In this document: positions 19,156-27,626 of the stretch, piece after piece
Numbering within the stretch: position 1 is the first letter of the stretch
Layout of the letters: every line of letters starts with the position of its first letter
Translations under genes and position numbers: made by a program
Notes under the pieces: generated by a model
What the model saw: only the letters and a program-made list of their open reading frames with translations
Database searches by the model: none
What the model was told of the DNA's origin: nothing
NCBI GenBank assembly: GCA_963755455.1
Contig: CAVWJH010000001.1
Location: 146,864-210,863 of the forward strand
Length of the DNA stretch: 64,000 nt
DNA from: an uncultured Verrucomicrobiae bacterium
Lineage (GTDB): Bacteria; Verrucomicrobiota; Verrucomicrobiia; Limisphaerales; UBA11358
Reading direction: 5' to 3'

Positions 19156-19540
19156 TTACTTTTTCTGGATCAATTCAATTTCATAGCCTTCCGGCGCGTC
19201 AATGAAGGCGAAGGTCGTGCCGCTGGAACTGGTCGTCGGGCCGTCGGAAAATTTCAGGCCGTGCTTGGCGAGGTGTTTGGCAAATTCGTCGAGGCTGTCC
19301 ACTTCAAACGCGAGGTGCGTCAGATCGGGCTGGCACTTTCACCGGCTCGCTGCCGGGAAAATAGCAGATTTCAATCTCTTCCTCGCTGCCGGGCGCTTTC
19401 AGAAAAACCAGTTCCGAGCCGCGCGGCGATTTGTGCCGCTTGACTTCTTCCAGGCCGAGAACGTCGCGGTAAAATTTCACCGTGCGTTCCAGATCATTCA
19501 CGCGGTAGCGCGTGTGCAGTAGTTTTCCAACTTTGCTCAT
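19156..19540 (-). pseudogene. VOC/glyoxalase family protein, one frameshift near 19335
   Basis: LLHTRYRVNDLERTVKFYRDVLGLEEV...ELVFLK...EIEICYF, then in another frame ...LTHLAFEVDSLDEFAKHLAKHGLKFSDGP...FIDAPEGYEIELIQKK*. Confidence 0.7.
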
Positions 19541-19553
19541 GCGCGAAATTTAA

Positions 19554-19640
19554 CCAGTCCAACAGTCCAAAGTCCAATGTCCAAAGTCGGCGCAGGTTGT
19601 TGACTTTGGACTTTAGACTTTGGACTTTAGACTTTAGACT
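19554..19640. repeat. Heptamer-periodic hairpin (AGTCCAA units / GACTTTG-GACTTTA units) in a divergent promoter region
   Basis: Left arm cagtccaacagtccaaagtccaatgtccaaagtc and right arm gactttggactttagactttggactttagactttagactt. It lies between the VOC start (19540, minus) and the nusB start (19647, plus). Confidence 0.85.
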
Positions 19641-19646
19641 TGATTT

Positions 19647-20145
19647 ATGGGCAAACGACGTGAAGCGCGCGAACGCGCGGTGCAATTTCTGTTTCAGCAC
19701 GACCTGAACCCGCCGGAAAATCTTGAACTGGAACTGGCGCACGTTCTGGAATTCCCAGCGCGCCGCCGCCATCGAGGACGAAAAAGGCGCGGCGCATTGG
19801 GGCGAAGAAATCGAACTGCCGCCGCCGACCGCCGAGGAGGCCGAGACGCGCCTGTTCGCCGAGCCGCTCATCCGCGGCGCGCTGGAACATCGCGACGCGA
19901 TTGACGAAAAAATCAAAAGCCACGCGAAGAACTGGGATTTTCACCGCATCGCCGCCGTGGACCGCAACATCATGCGGCTGGCGATTTACGAAATGCTGCA
20001 TCGCGAGGACATTCCGCCCGTCGTCAGCATCAACGAGGCGGTGGACATCGCCAAAAAATTTTCCACGCAGGACAGCGGCAAATTCGTGAACGGCATTCTC
20101 GACAAAATCCGCGGCGAAATTCTCCGGCCGGCGCGCAACTGTGAA
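19647..20145 (+). pseudogene. nusB: Transcription antitermination factor NusB, one frameshift near 19740; no stop before the next gene in the current frame
   Basis: MGKRREARERAVQFLFQHDL... then ...[50 protein letters not shown]. Confidence 0.8.
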
Positions 20146-20951
20146 ATGAAATTCGCCGATTTACATCTGCACACGCAGTTTTCCGACGGCACGTTCACGC
20201 CGGAGGAACTGGTCGGTGCACGGCGCAGAAGCTCGGCTTGGCGGCATCGCGCTGACCGACCACGACACGGTCGAAGGCTGCGCGCGCACGGCGGCGGCGT
20301 GCGCGGCGGTGAAGATGGAATTCATTCCCGGCACGGAACTCACCGCCGAACACGACGACACGGAAGTCCACATCTCTCGGCTATTTTCTCGACACGCAAA
20401 ACCAGAAATTGCTGGCGGAAATCGCCAAGTTCCAAGTCCGTCCGGCAGAACCGCATCCACGAAATGGTCGCGGCGCATGAACAAGCTCGGCGTGCCGCTC
20501 AAGGCCGAATCGGTTTTCGCGCTGGCCAATTGCAAATCGCCCGGCCGCCCGCACGTCGCGCGCGCGCTGGTGAAGGCCAGACTCGATCGGCAATCTGGAC
20601 GAGGCGTTTGAGCGGTTTCTGAAAAAAGGCCGGCCCGCGTGGGTGCCCAAGACCAAAATGTCCGCGCTCGAAGGCATCGAATTGATTCATCAGGCCGGCG
20701 GCCTCGCGGTCATGGCGCATCCCGGCTTGAACCGCACGGACGACATCATTCCCGACCTCGTGGACGCCGGGCTGGACGGCATCGAATGTTTTCACACGAA
20801 ACATTCCACCGTGATGTCCGAGCGTTATCTGGAAATTGCGGAAAAATATGATCTGCTCGTCACCGGCGGCAGCGACTGCCACGGCTTCAGCAAAAACAAG
20901 CCGCTCATCGGCACGGTGAAACTGCCTTACGAACACGTTGAAAGACTGTAA
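20146..20951 (+). pseudogene. PHP domain phosphoesterase (TrpH/YciV-like), at least 5 frame disruptions
   Basis: [23 protein letters not shown] / [12 protein letters not shown]...FIPGTELT / [13 protein letters not shown] / RQNRIHEMV / [12 protein letters not shown] / LIHQAGGLAVMAHP...GIECFH...VTGGSDCHG are spread over all three frames. Confidence 0.8.
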
Positions 20952-21000
20952 AGCCGCGAAAAAATCCGCCGATCGAAAAACGCGCAGCATCGCAAAATAG

Positions 21001-21033
21001 TTTCTTCATTCTGCATTCTTAATTCTTCATTTC
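21001..21033. repeat. Heptamer-periodic array (TTCTTCA/TTCTGCA/TTCTTAA) upstream of ftsY
   Basis: tttcttcattctgcattcttaattcttcatttc. Confidence 0.6.
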
Positions 21034-21037
21034 CAAC

Positions 21038-21953
21038 ATGGGACTTTTTGCCAAATTCAAAGCCGGCCTCGCCAAGACGCACGCCAAGCTCACGCACGAA
21101 ATCAAGCGCATCGTCACGCGCTCGCCCAAGCTGACCGCCGAGTCGCTGGAAGAAATCGAGCACGCGCTCATCGCCGCCGATCTGGGCATGGCGATGACCA
21201 CGCAAATCATCGCCGCCGTCAAGAAAGCTTACGAAACGCAGGGCGCGCGGGACTGGACTATCTCGCCATCGCGCGCGCGGAAATTGAGAAAAGTCTTTCC
21301 GCGAACAAACCCGAAGTCTGCGCGAAATTCCCGGCGGCACCTGCGTCGTTTCCATCGTCGGCGTGAACGGCACGGGCAAGACCACGACGAGCGCGAAGCT
21401 CGCGCATTATTTTCAGGCGCAGAAAAAATCCGTGCTGCTCGCCGCGTGCGACACGTTTCGCGCGGCGGCGATTGAGCAGATCAAATTGTGGGGCACGCGC
21501 CTCAAAGTCGAAGTCATCGCCGGCAGCTTACGGCGCGGACGCGGCGTCCGTGGCGCACGACGCCGTCACCGCCGCGCAGGCGCGCAAGGCGGATTATCTG
21601 TTCATTGACACGGCGGGACGCTTGCACACGAAGCACAATTTGATGCAGGAATTGCAGAAGTTGCATCGCGTCATCGGCAAGCAACTCGCGGGCGCGCCGC
21701 ACGAAGTGCTGCTGGTGCTCGACGCGCAGCGACCGGCATGAACGCGCTGAACCAGGCGCGCGAATTTCACAAGGCCGTGCCGCTCACCGGCCTCATCGTG
21801 ACCAAGCTCGACGGCACGAGCAAAGGCGGCATGGTCGTGGCGATTCAGAAGGAACTCGGCCTGCCCATCAAATTCATCGGCCTCGGCGAGCAGCCGGACG
21901 ATTTGCAGCCCTTCGACGCGAAACAATTCGCGCAGGCGTTGTTTGAGGAATGA
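21038..21953 (+). pseudogene. ftsY: Signal recognition particle receptor FtsY, 4 frame disruptions
   Basis: MGLFAKFKAGLAKT...LEEIEHALIAADLGM / [19 protein letters not shown]...[15 protein letters not shown] / [16 protein letters not shown] / TGLIVTKLDGTSKGG...IKFIGLGE. Confidence 0.85.
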
Positions 21954-22027
21954 AATTATTCACTTAATACCAAGGCACAAAGATTGTAGAAACATGGGTT
22001 TTCCTTTATCACAAAAGAGAAATAATT

Positions 22028-23385
22028 ATGTTCAAACACCTAACCCGGCCTGGGCTGATCACATTGTTGGCGTCCGTGTCATTTTCCGCGACCAGTTTTG
22101 GGGCGAATCCCTTCATCACCAGCATTTACACCGCCGATCCGTCCGCTCATGTGTGGGCGGATGGCCGGCTGTATGTCTATCCCTCGCGCGACATGGATCC
22201 GCCACGCGGCTGCGACCTGATGGACCGGTATCATGTGTTCTCAACGGACAACATGGTGGATTGGCGGGACGAAGGGGAAATTCTACGGGCGAGCCAGGTG
22301 CTCGTGGGGCAGGCCGGAAGGCGGTTTCATGTGGGCGCCGGATTGCGCGTATCGCGACGGAACATATTATTATTATTTCCCGCATCCGAGCGACACGAAA
22401 TGGAACGACTCCTGGAAAATTGGCGTGGCGACGAGCGAAAAGCCGGCGAGCGATTTCAAAGCCGGCGGTTACATCGAAGGCCTTGGCGGTTTCGCGATGA
22501 TTGATCCGGCGGTGTTCATGGATGACGACGGCCACGCTTATATTTATTTCGGCGGCGGCGGCCATTGCGCGGGCGTGAAATTGAAACCGGACATGACGGA
22601 AATTGGACGGAACGGTCCAGCCGATGACCGGCCTGGAGGATTTTCACGAAGCCACCTGGGTTTTCAAACGCAACGGCATTTATTACCTGACTTACGCGGA
22701 CAATCATCCTCGACACAACGAGATGCGCTATGCCACCAGCACCAACGCGCTCGGTCCGTGGACCTACAAGGGAGTCTATCTGGAAGGGACCGACTGCGAC
22801 ACCACGCACGGCTCCGTGGTGGAATACAAAGGTCAATGGTATCAGTTCTATCACAACTGCAGCATTTCCAGGCAGGGCAATCTGCGTTCGATATGCGTGG
22901 ATAAAATAAATTTCAATGATGACGGGACAATACAGATGATCGTGCAAACCAAGACCGGCGTGCCGTCCGTCGGCCCGGCTCCGGTGCCCAATCCGAACAC
23001 GGTCAAATATGTGGCCGGGAATGCCAGCGTCACCAATGGTGCGACCATCGAAAGCGACAGCGCGGCCTCCAGCGGCAAGAGCGTGCAGAATCTCAATTTC
23101 ACCAATTCCTGTTTGCAGTTTGACAATGTGGACGGCGGCGAAAATGGCGGCCGGGCCACGATTGACATCTATTACGCCACCGCCGAAAAGTCCGAGCTCA
23201 GGTTGAGCGTGAACGACGCCGATTATTCGTTCATCAACACGCTTTCCACCGGCGGCTGGACCAATTACACCGGCCATTCGTATCTGACCGTTCCATTGAA
23301 CTCCGGCAAAGCCAACACCATCAAGCTCACCGGCGGCCACGGCGGGGTCAACGTGGATTACATCACCGTCAGCCCGCTGCCGTGA
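22028..23385 (+). pseudogene. Secreted glycoside hydrolase family 43-like enzyme with C-terminal CBM6/35-like domain, 2 frame disruptions
   Basis: Signal peptide, then NPFITSIYTADPSAHVWADGRLYVYPSRD, WAPDCAYRDGTYYYYF, IDPAVFMDDDGHAYIYFGG, HEATWVFKRNGIYYLTYA and HGSVVEYKGQWYQFYH. The C-terminus reads ...GGWTNYTGHSYLTVPLNSGKANTIKLTG...VDYITV. Confidence 0.8.
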
Positions 23386-23401
23386 CGCGCTGCCGGCCGG
23401 C

Positions 23402-23445
23402 GCGAAGCAATTTGCGCAGGCGTTGTTTGAGGAATAAAAATTATT
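23402..23445. repeat. Duplicate of the ftsY 3' end (distal copy)
   Basis: gcgaagcaatttgcgcaggcgttgtttgaggaataaaaattatt versus 21918-21960 gcgaaacaattcgcgcaggcgttgtttgaggaatgaaattatt. It still reads AKQFAQALFEE*. The two coding differences seen are synonymous, and the stop codon differs (TGA vs TAA). Confidence 0.7.
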
Positions 23446-23511
23446 TTAGCCACAGATGAAACACAGATTTTGGAAGTTGTAACGTCGTGAATCAATTGCA
23501 CTAAAAGTAAA

Positions 23512-23673
23512 ATGAAAGCGATGGAACAAATCCAAAATCTTCTTCGCTCTGCGTTGAAGTCAAAGCCTGTAATTGATTGGGGAAAACTTGATTGGGAGAA
23601 ACTTCAGGCAGCTTACAAGAAAAACAACCCCAAGCCTGACACCGGACCGCGAGAAACCATTTTGATTTTTTAA
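23512..23673 (+). CDS. Small hypothetical protein (53 aa), low GC
   Basis: ATG..TAA ORF MKAMEQIQNLLRSALKSKPVIDWGKLDWEKLQAAYKKNNPKPDTGPRETILIF. Not in the ORF track because it is under 60 aa. No family recognised. Confidence 0.25.
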   Translation: MKAMEQIQNLLRSALKSKPVIDWGKLDWEKLQAAYKKNNPKPDTGPRETILIF

Positions 23674-23686
23674 TCCGTTTCAATTT

Positions 23687-24841
23687 GTGGCAAAAAAAGA
23701 TTTCCAATTCATGCGGCTCGCCCTCCGGCTCGCCCGGCGCGGCTATGGCGCAACGTCACCGAATCCGATGGTCGGCGCGGTGCTGGTGAAAGGCGGAAAA
23801 ATCATCGGGCGCGGCTGGCATCGGCGCGCGGGTTTGCCGCACGCGGAAATCGAGGCGCTCCGCGACGCGCAAAAGCGCGGCCACAATCCGCGCGGCGCGA
23901 CGCTTTACGTCACGCTCGAACCGTGCTGCACGCACGGCCGCACGCCGCCTTGCACGGACGCCATCATTGCCGCCGGAATAAAAAAAGTTGTCGTTGGCGC
24001 GACTGATCCGAATCCGAAACACGCAGGCAAAGGGTTTAAGATTTTGCAGCGCGCGGGAATTGAAGTCGTTCACGGAATTTTGGGCGGCGAATGCGCGAAG
24101 CTGAACGAGGCTTTCAATCACTGGATTGTCCACCGCACGCCGTTCGTCACCGTGAAGGCAGCAATGACATTGGACGGCAAAATTGCGACGGCCAGTGGCG
24201 AATCCAAATGGATCACCGGCGAAAAAGCCCGCGCGCAAGGAATGAAATTGCGGCAGGGCGCGGACGCGATTCTCGTCGGCGTGAATACAATTTTGGCGGA
24301 CGACCCGTCGTTGACGTTTCGGCCAGTCCAAAGCCCGAAGTCCAAAGTCCAAAGCCGGAAGCCGGTTCGACGAATTATTTTGGATTCAATGGCGCGGACG
24401 CCGTTAAACGCAAAAGTCGTCAGCGATGAATTTCCGGCGCTGACGACAATTGTTGTCGGCGAACGCGCGCCGAAAAAGCGCGTGGCAACATTGGCGAAAC
24501 TGACAAATGTTCTTGTTGCACCTACAACGAAAAACTTGTCACTTGTCACTCGTCACTCGTCACTCGATTTGCGCTGGCTGTTGGAAAAACTCGGTTCGGA
24601 AAACGTGACGAGCCTGCTGGTCGAAGGCGGCGGCGAGGTGAACGCGTCGTTTCTGCTCGGCGGTTTTGCGCAGCGCGTCGCATTTTTCTATGCGCCGAAA
24701 ATTCTGGGCGCACGCGACTCGCGAAAAGCCGTCGCGGGCGAAGGCGTGAAAGATCCGACTGACGCGATTCAATTGCGCGAAGTCGAATGGCGTCAGCTTG
24801 GCGAGGATTTGCTGCTGACGGCGTTGGTGGTTGCAAGTTGA
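23687..24841 (+). CDS. ribD: Bifunctional riboflavin biosynthesis protein RibD (pyrimidine deaminase / uracil reductase)
   Basis: MRLALRLARRGYGATSPNPMVGAVLV...HAEIEAL...TLEPCCTHGRTPPC (CMP/dCMP deaminase zinc site), then ...VTVKAAMTLDGKIAT...GESKWITG...ILVGVNTILADDPSLT...LLVEGGG. Start is GTG 23687 or ATG 23711. Confidence 0.9.
   Translation: MAKKDFQFMRLALRLARRGYGATSPNPMVGAVLVKGGKIIGRGWHRRAGLPHAEIEALRDAQKRGHNPRGATLYVTLEPCCTHGRTPPCTDAIIAAGIKKVVVGATDPNPKHAGKGFKILQRAGIEVVHGILGGECAKLNEAFNHWIVHRTPFVTVKAAMTLDGKIATASGESKWITGEKARAQGMKLRQGADAILVGVNTILADDPSLTFRPVQSPKSKVQSRKPVRRIILDSMARTPLNAKVVSDEFPALTTIVVGERAPKKRVATLAKLTNVLVAPTTKNLSLVTRHSSLDLRWLLEKLGSENVTSLLVEGGGEVNASFLLGGFAQRVAFFYAPKILGARDSRKAVAGEGVKDPTDAIQLREVEWRQLGEDLLLTALVVAS
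24325..24365. repeat. In-frame heptamer array inside ribD (AGTCCAA/AGCCCGA/AGCCGGA, about 6 units)
   Basis: agtccaaagcccgaagtccaaagtccaaagccggaagccgg encodes PVQSPKSKVQSRKP between LTFR and VRRIILDS. Confidence 0.8.
24535..24567. repeat. In-frame heptamer array inside ribD (CTTGTCA/CTCGTCA, about 5 units)
   Basis: cttgtcacttgtcactcgtcactcgtcactcga encodes NLSLVTRHSS just before LDLRWLLEKLG. The heptamer family matches the pilin-associated hairpins. Confidence 0.8.
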
Positions 24842-24894
24842 AGGTTGAAAGTTGCAGTGGAAAAACTTGCAACTTGCAACCTGCAACCTGCAAC
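24829..24894. repeat. Heptamer-periodic hairpin between ribD and ribE
   Basis: ggttgcaagttgaaggttgaaagttgcag / loop / cttgcaacttgcaacctgcaacctgcaac. The ribD stop codon (24839-24841) lies inside the left arm. Confidence 0.85.
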
Positions 24895-24902
24895 ATCACC
24901 TC

Positions 24903-25514
24903 ATGTTCACCGGCATCATTCAAGAAACTGGAAAGGTCGAGAAAATCGAACACGGGGAAAAATCAATCGCGCTGACGGTTCGCGCGAAAAATTCCGCGCG
25001 CGGCTTGAAAACCGGCGGCAGCCTTGCGGTCAACGGCTGCTGTTTGACGGCGGTGAAAAATTCCGCGCGCGGCAAGTTCAAACTGGTTCAATTTGATTTG
25101 CTGGCGGAAACGTGGAAACGGACGAATTTCCAGTTTCTCAAAACCGGCTCGCTGGTGAATCTGGAGCGGCCATTGCGCGCGGGCGACGAATTCGGCGGGC
25201 ATTTTGTGACGGGACACATTGACGGCGCGGGTAAAATTTCGCGCTGGGAAAAATCTGGCGCGGATCACGTCCTGGAAATCGCCGCGCTGGAAAACGTGAT
25301 GCGTTATGTCATCGAGAAAGGCTCGATTGCGATTGACGGCATCAGTTTGACGGTCGCGGGCGTCGGGCAAAAAAGCTTTCGCGTCTGGATCATTCCGCAC
25401 ACGTTCGATGTGACGGCGTTGCATGAAAAAAAAGTTGGCGACGCGGTGAATCTTGAGGCGGACCTGCTCGGCAAATACGCGGAGAAATTTTCACGGCGGC
25501 GGGCGGCGGGCTGA
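24903..25514 (+). CDS. ribE: Riboflavin synthase (alpha chain)
   Basis: MFTGIIQETGKV...GGSLAVNGCCLT...GHFVTGHIDG...KGSIAIDGISLTV...IIPHT. Confidence 0.9.
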   Translation: MFTGIIQETGKVEKIEHGEKSIALTVRAKNSARGLKTGGSLAVNGCCLTAVKNSARGKFKLVQFDLLAETWKRTNFQFLKTGSLVNLERPLRAGDEFGGHFVTGHIDGAGKISRWEKSGADHVLEIAALENVMRYVIEKGSIAIDGISLTVAGVGQKSFRVWIIPHTFDVTALHEKKVGDAVNLEADLLGKYAEKFSRRRAAG

Positions 25515-25733
25515 CCGGCCCGTGTCGGGCGTGACGGCGCGGATGTATTCGGAGGGAACTGAATTGGTCCGGCCTTGCAAATCAAGAAACACAAAATTGA
25601 AACCTTCCAGATGCGGTTTTTCCATGGCGACAACCTGCCGTCCGTTGGTGAGCAGGACGACGTAATGCTGCCGGGTGGCGCAGCCGGCAAGAAAAACCGG
25701 GACGAGCAGCAGGGCGGCCAAAAAATGTTTCAT
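25491..25733 (-). CDS. Small lipoprotein (YgdI/YgdR-like)
   Basis: MKHFLAALLLVPVFLAGC lipobox, then YVVLLTNGRQVVAMEKPHLEGFNFVFLDLQGRTNSVPSEYIRAV. Its 3' end overlaps ribE convergently. Confidence 0.55.
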   Translation of the reverse strand: MKHFLAALLLVPVFLAGCATRQHYVVLLTNGRQVVAMEKPHLEGFNFVFLDLQGRTNSVPSEYIRAVTPDTGRSARRPPP

Positions 25734-25759
25734 TGGATGCAGCGCGTTTTATTTTAATT

Positions 25760-25844
25760 TGGTGCGCGCGAGAGGACTTGAACCTCCAATCCTTGCGGAA
25801 CCAGATCCTAAGTCTGGCGTGTCTGCCAATTCCACCACGCGCGC
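25760..25844 (-). tRNA. tRNA-Leu (anticodon UAG), class II long variable arm, CCA encoded
   Basis: Reverse complement GCGCGCGTGGTGGAATTGGCAGACACGCCAGACTTAGGATCTGGTTCCGCAAGGATTGGAGGTTCAAGTCCTCTCGCGCGCACCA. The 7-bp acceptor stem pairs, the anticodon stem is CCAGA/TCTGG with loop CTTAGGA, and the T-loop is TTCAAGT. Confidence 0.9.
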
Positions 25845-25860
25845 GGCACGGACAGTTTCA

Positions 25861-25915
25861 GGATTCAAGTTTCAAGTTTCAAGTTTTCAATTGCGGAAGT
25901 TTGAAATTCATTTTC
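25861..25915. repeat. Heptamer-periodic array (TTCAAGT units) next to the tRNA
   Basis: ggattcaagtttcaagtttcaagttttcaattgcggaagtttgaaattca. Confidence 0.65.
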
Positions 25916-25961
25916 ATCGCGCGCAATTGCACGACGGCGGAAATTCGTTTAATTTCGCGCC

Positions 25962-26741
25962 ATGGATTTTCGGAGATGTTTTTTGCCCGGCGCAATTGTT
26001 TTGTGCCTCGGCGCCGTTTTGTGCGGCTGCGGGCCGGACGGCCAGGGTTCGCTGGACGACAAAATGGAGCCGCATTACATCCTCGGCGAAAACCGCGTCA
26101 ACGCGATGGATTACCAGGGCGCGGTCGAGGCGTTCGAGCAGTCGCTGGAGGTCAACCCGCACTCGGCGGCGGCGCACTTTGAACTCGCCTGCCTTTTCGA
26201 CGGAAAAATTTCCGACCCCGCCGCCGCGATTTATCATTACCAGCAATATCTGAAATACGATCCAAAGGCCGAGAACGCCGAGGTCGTCAACCAGCACATC
26301 GCCACCTGCAAACAGCAGCTCGCCGCCGACGTGATGGCCATGCCCAGCGCGCCCGCCGCGCAGCAGGAACTCGAAAAGCTCGCGGATCAAAACCGCCAGT
26401 TGCAGGATCAGATTGACCTGTTGAAAAAATGGAACGCCTATTACGCGGCGCAACTGGCGGCGTTGTCCAATTCAGTTCCCGCCCCAAATAATCCCGTAGT
26501 GCAGCAAGTTCAAAATCCGGTTCAACCTGCGCAAATTGCGCCCGCGCCCCCGCAAAATCCAACCGCCAGTCATCCCGTGATTCCCGCAGCGATGCGCACG
26601 CACGCCGTAGCCGCCGGCGAAACGGAAGCGGCCATCGCGCGCAAATACGGAATCAGGTTGAACTCGTTGCAGGCCGCGAATCCGGGCGTCAACCCCGAAA
26701 AACTCCATGTCGGGCAAATCCTGAAAATTCCGCCGACGTGA
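25962..26741 (+). CDS. Lipoprotein with TPR-like N-terminal region, coiled coil and C-terminal LysM domain
   Basis: LCLGAVLCGC lipobox; YQGAVEAFEQSLEVNPHSAAAHFELA; C-terminus HAVAAGETEAAIARKYGIRLNSLQAANPGVNPEKLHVGQILKIP (LysM). Confidence 0.8.
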   Translation: MDFRRCFLPGAIVLCLGAVLCGCGPDGQGSLDDKMEPHYILGENRVNAMDYQGAVEAFEQSLEVNPHSAAAHFELACLFDGKISDPAAAIYHYQQYLKYDPKAENAEVVNQHIATCKQQLAADVMAMPSAPAAQQELEKLADQNRQLQDQIDLLKKWNAYYAAQLAALSNSVPAPNNPVVQQVQNPVQPAQIAPAPPQNPTASHPVIPAAMRTHAVAAGETEAAIARKYGIRLNSLQAANPGVNPEKLHVGQILKIPPT

Positions 26742-26846
26742 TTCCTCCAGTTCCAGTTCACAATTTAACAATTTAACGCTCCCCGCACCGATGGATTTTC
26801 ATTTTCACACCTTGCGAAATGTCCGTTTCGGGTTCATGCTTTAGCC

Positions 26847-27083
26847 ATGCAATTGACATTGCCGGAAACCGTCGAAGCAGCGCTCTCGCCGCGCAAGGCC
26901 GCGTTGCATCTGGCGATCGGCCTGTTTGTCTCCGAGGAGGCGACGCTCGGCCAGGCGGCGGAAATCGCCGGGCTGACGCAGGCGGCGTTCCAGAAGGAAC
27001 TCGGCGCGCGGCACATTTCCATCCACTACGGCATGGATGAACTGGCCGAGGACTTGAAGGCGGTTGAATCTTTCCATCACTGA
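26847..27083 (+). CDS. UPF0175 family antitoxin-like protein
   Basis: LHLAIGLFVSEEATLGQAAEIAGLTQAAFQKELGARHISIHYG. Its stop overlaps the next ATG. Confidence 0.75.
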   Translation: MQLTLPETVEAALSPRKAALHLAIGLFVSEEATLGQAAEIAGLTQAAFQKELGARHISIHYGMDELAEDLKAVESFHH

Positions 27084-27544
27084 TGATTGTCGTTTCGGAC
27101 ACCTCGCCCATCACGGCTTTGCTGGCCGTGGAACAGGCGGAATTATTGCAACAACTTTTCGGAGAAGTCGTCGTTCCAGACGCGGTGAAAACAGAACTGC
27201 TGCGGACGCATCCAAAGTTGCCAGTTTGGTTGCACGTCCAACCGCTGCAAAATTCCGCCAAGGCGAATCTTTACGCGCGCAGCGTGGATCGCGGCGAGGC
27301 GCAGGCGATTGCGCTGGCCGAGGAACTGCGCGCCGACCATTTGTTGATTGACGAACGCAAGGGCCGGCGGCTGGCGCAGCAACAAGGTTTGCCGGTTCTG
27401 GGATTGCTCGGCGTCGTCCTGCTGGCGAGGCGGGCAAAATTAATTTCTTCCGCGCGGGCGTTGCTGGAAGAACTGGATCGCGAGGCGGGAATTTATCTGG
27501 CTGAAGAATTGAAGGACGCGGCTTTGAAAACAATTGGCGAATAA
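27083..27544 (+). CDS. DUF3368 (PIN-like) toxin-like protein
   Basis: MIVVSDTSPITALLAVEQAELLQQLFGEVVVPDAV...DRGEAQAIALAEELRADHLLIDERKGRRLA...GLPVLGLLGVVLLA. Confidence 0.75.
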   Translation: MIVVSDTSPITALLAVEQAELLQQLFGEVVVPDAVKTELLRTHPKLPVWLHVQPLQNSAKANLYARSVDRGEAQAIALAEELRADHLLIDERKGRRLAQQQGLPVLGLLGVVLLARRAKLISSARALLEELDREAGIYLAEELKDAALKTIGE

Positions 27545-27597
27545 AATTTGCGTGCTATTTTTCACGGCGATAACGGGGGTTGATTTTCAGGACAAAT

Positions 27598-27626
27598 CAA
27601 AAAACGCGAAGTTTTTGCTTCGCGCC
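27598..27626 (-). terminator. Rho-independent terminator candidate downstream of the TPR gene
   Basis: The minus strand reads gcgcgaagcaaaaacttcgcgtttttt: stem CGCGAAG/CTTCGCG, then a T-run. Confidence 0.5.

Noticed and set aside
19647-20951. Apparent NusB-PHP fusion (no stop codon between ...RPARNCE and [11 protein letters not shown] in the current frame)
   Set aside because: This region has the highest indel density in the window. A lost or shifted stop from a single indel is more likely than a real fusion.
23446-23686. FMN (RFN) riboswitch upstream of ribD
   Set aside because: I looked for the conserved RFN core helices and motifs and saw nothing resembling them. The interval contains a REP copy and a small low-GC ORF instead.
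25760-25844. tRNA-Leu as an integration hotspot for a genomic island
   Set aside because: No integrase is nearby and I noticed no partial direct repeat of the tRNA 3' end on either side. The neighbouring genes (ribE, lipoproteins) look native.
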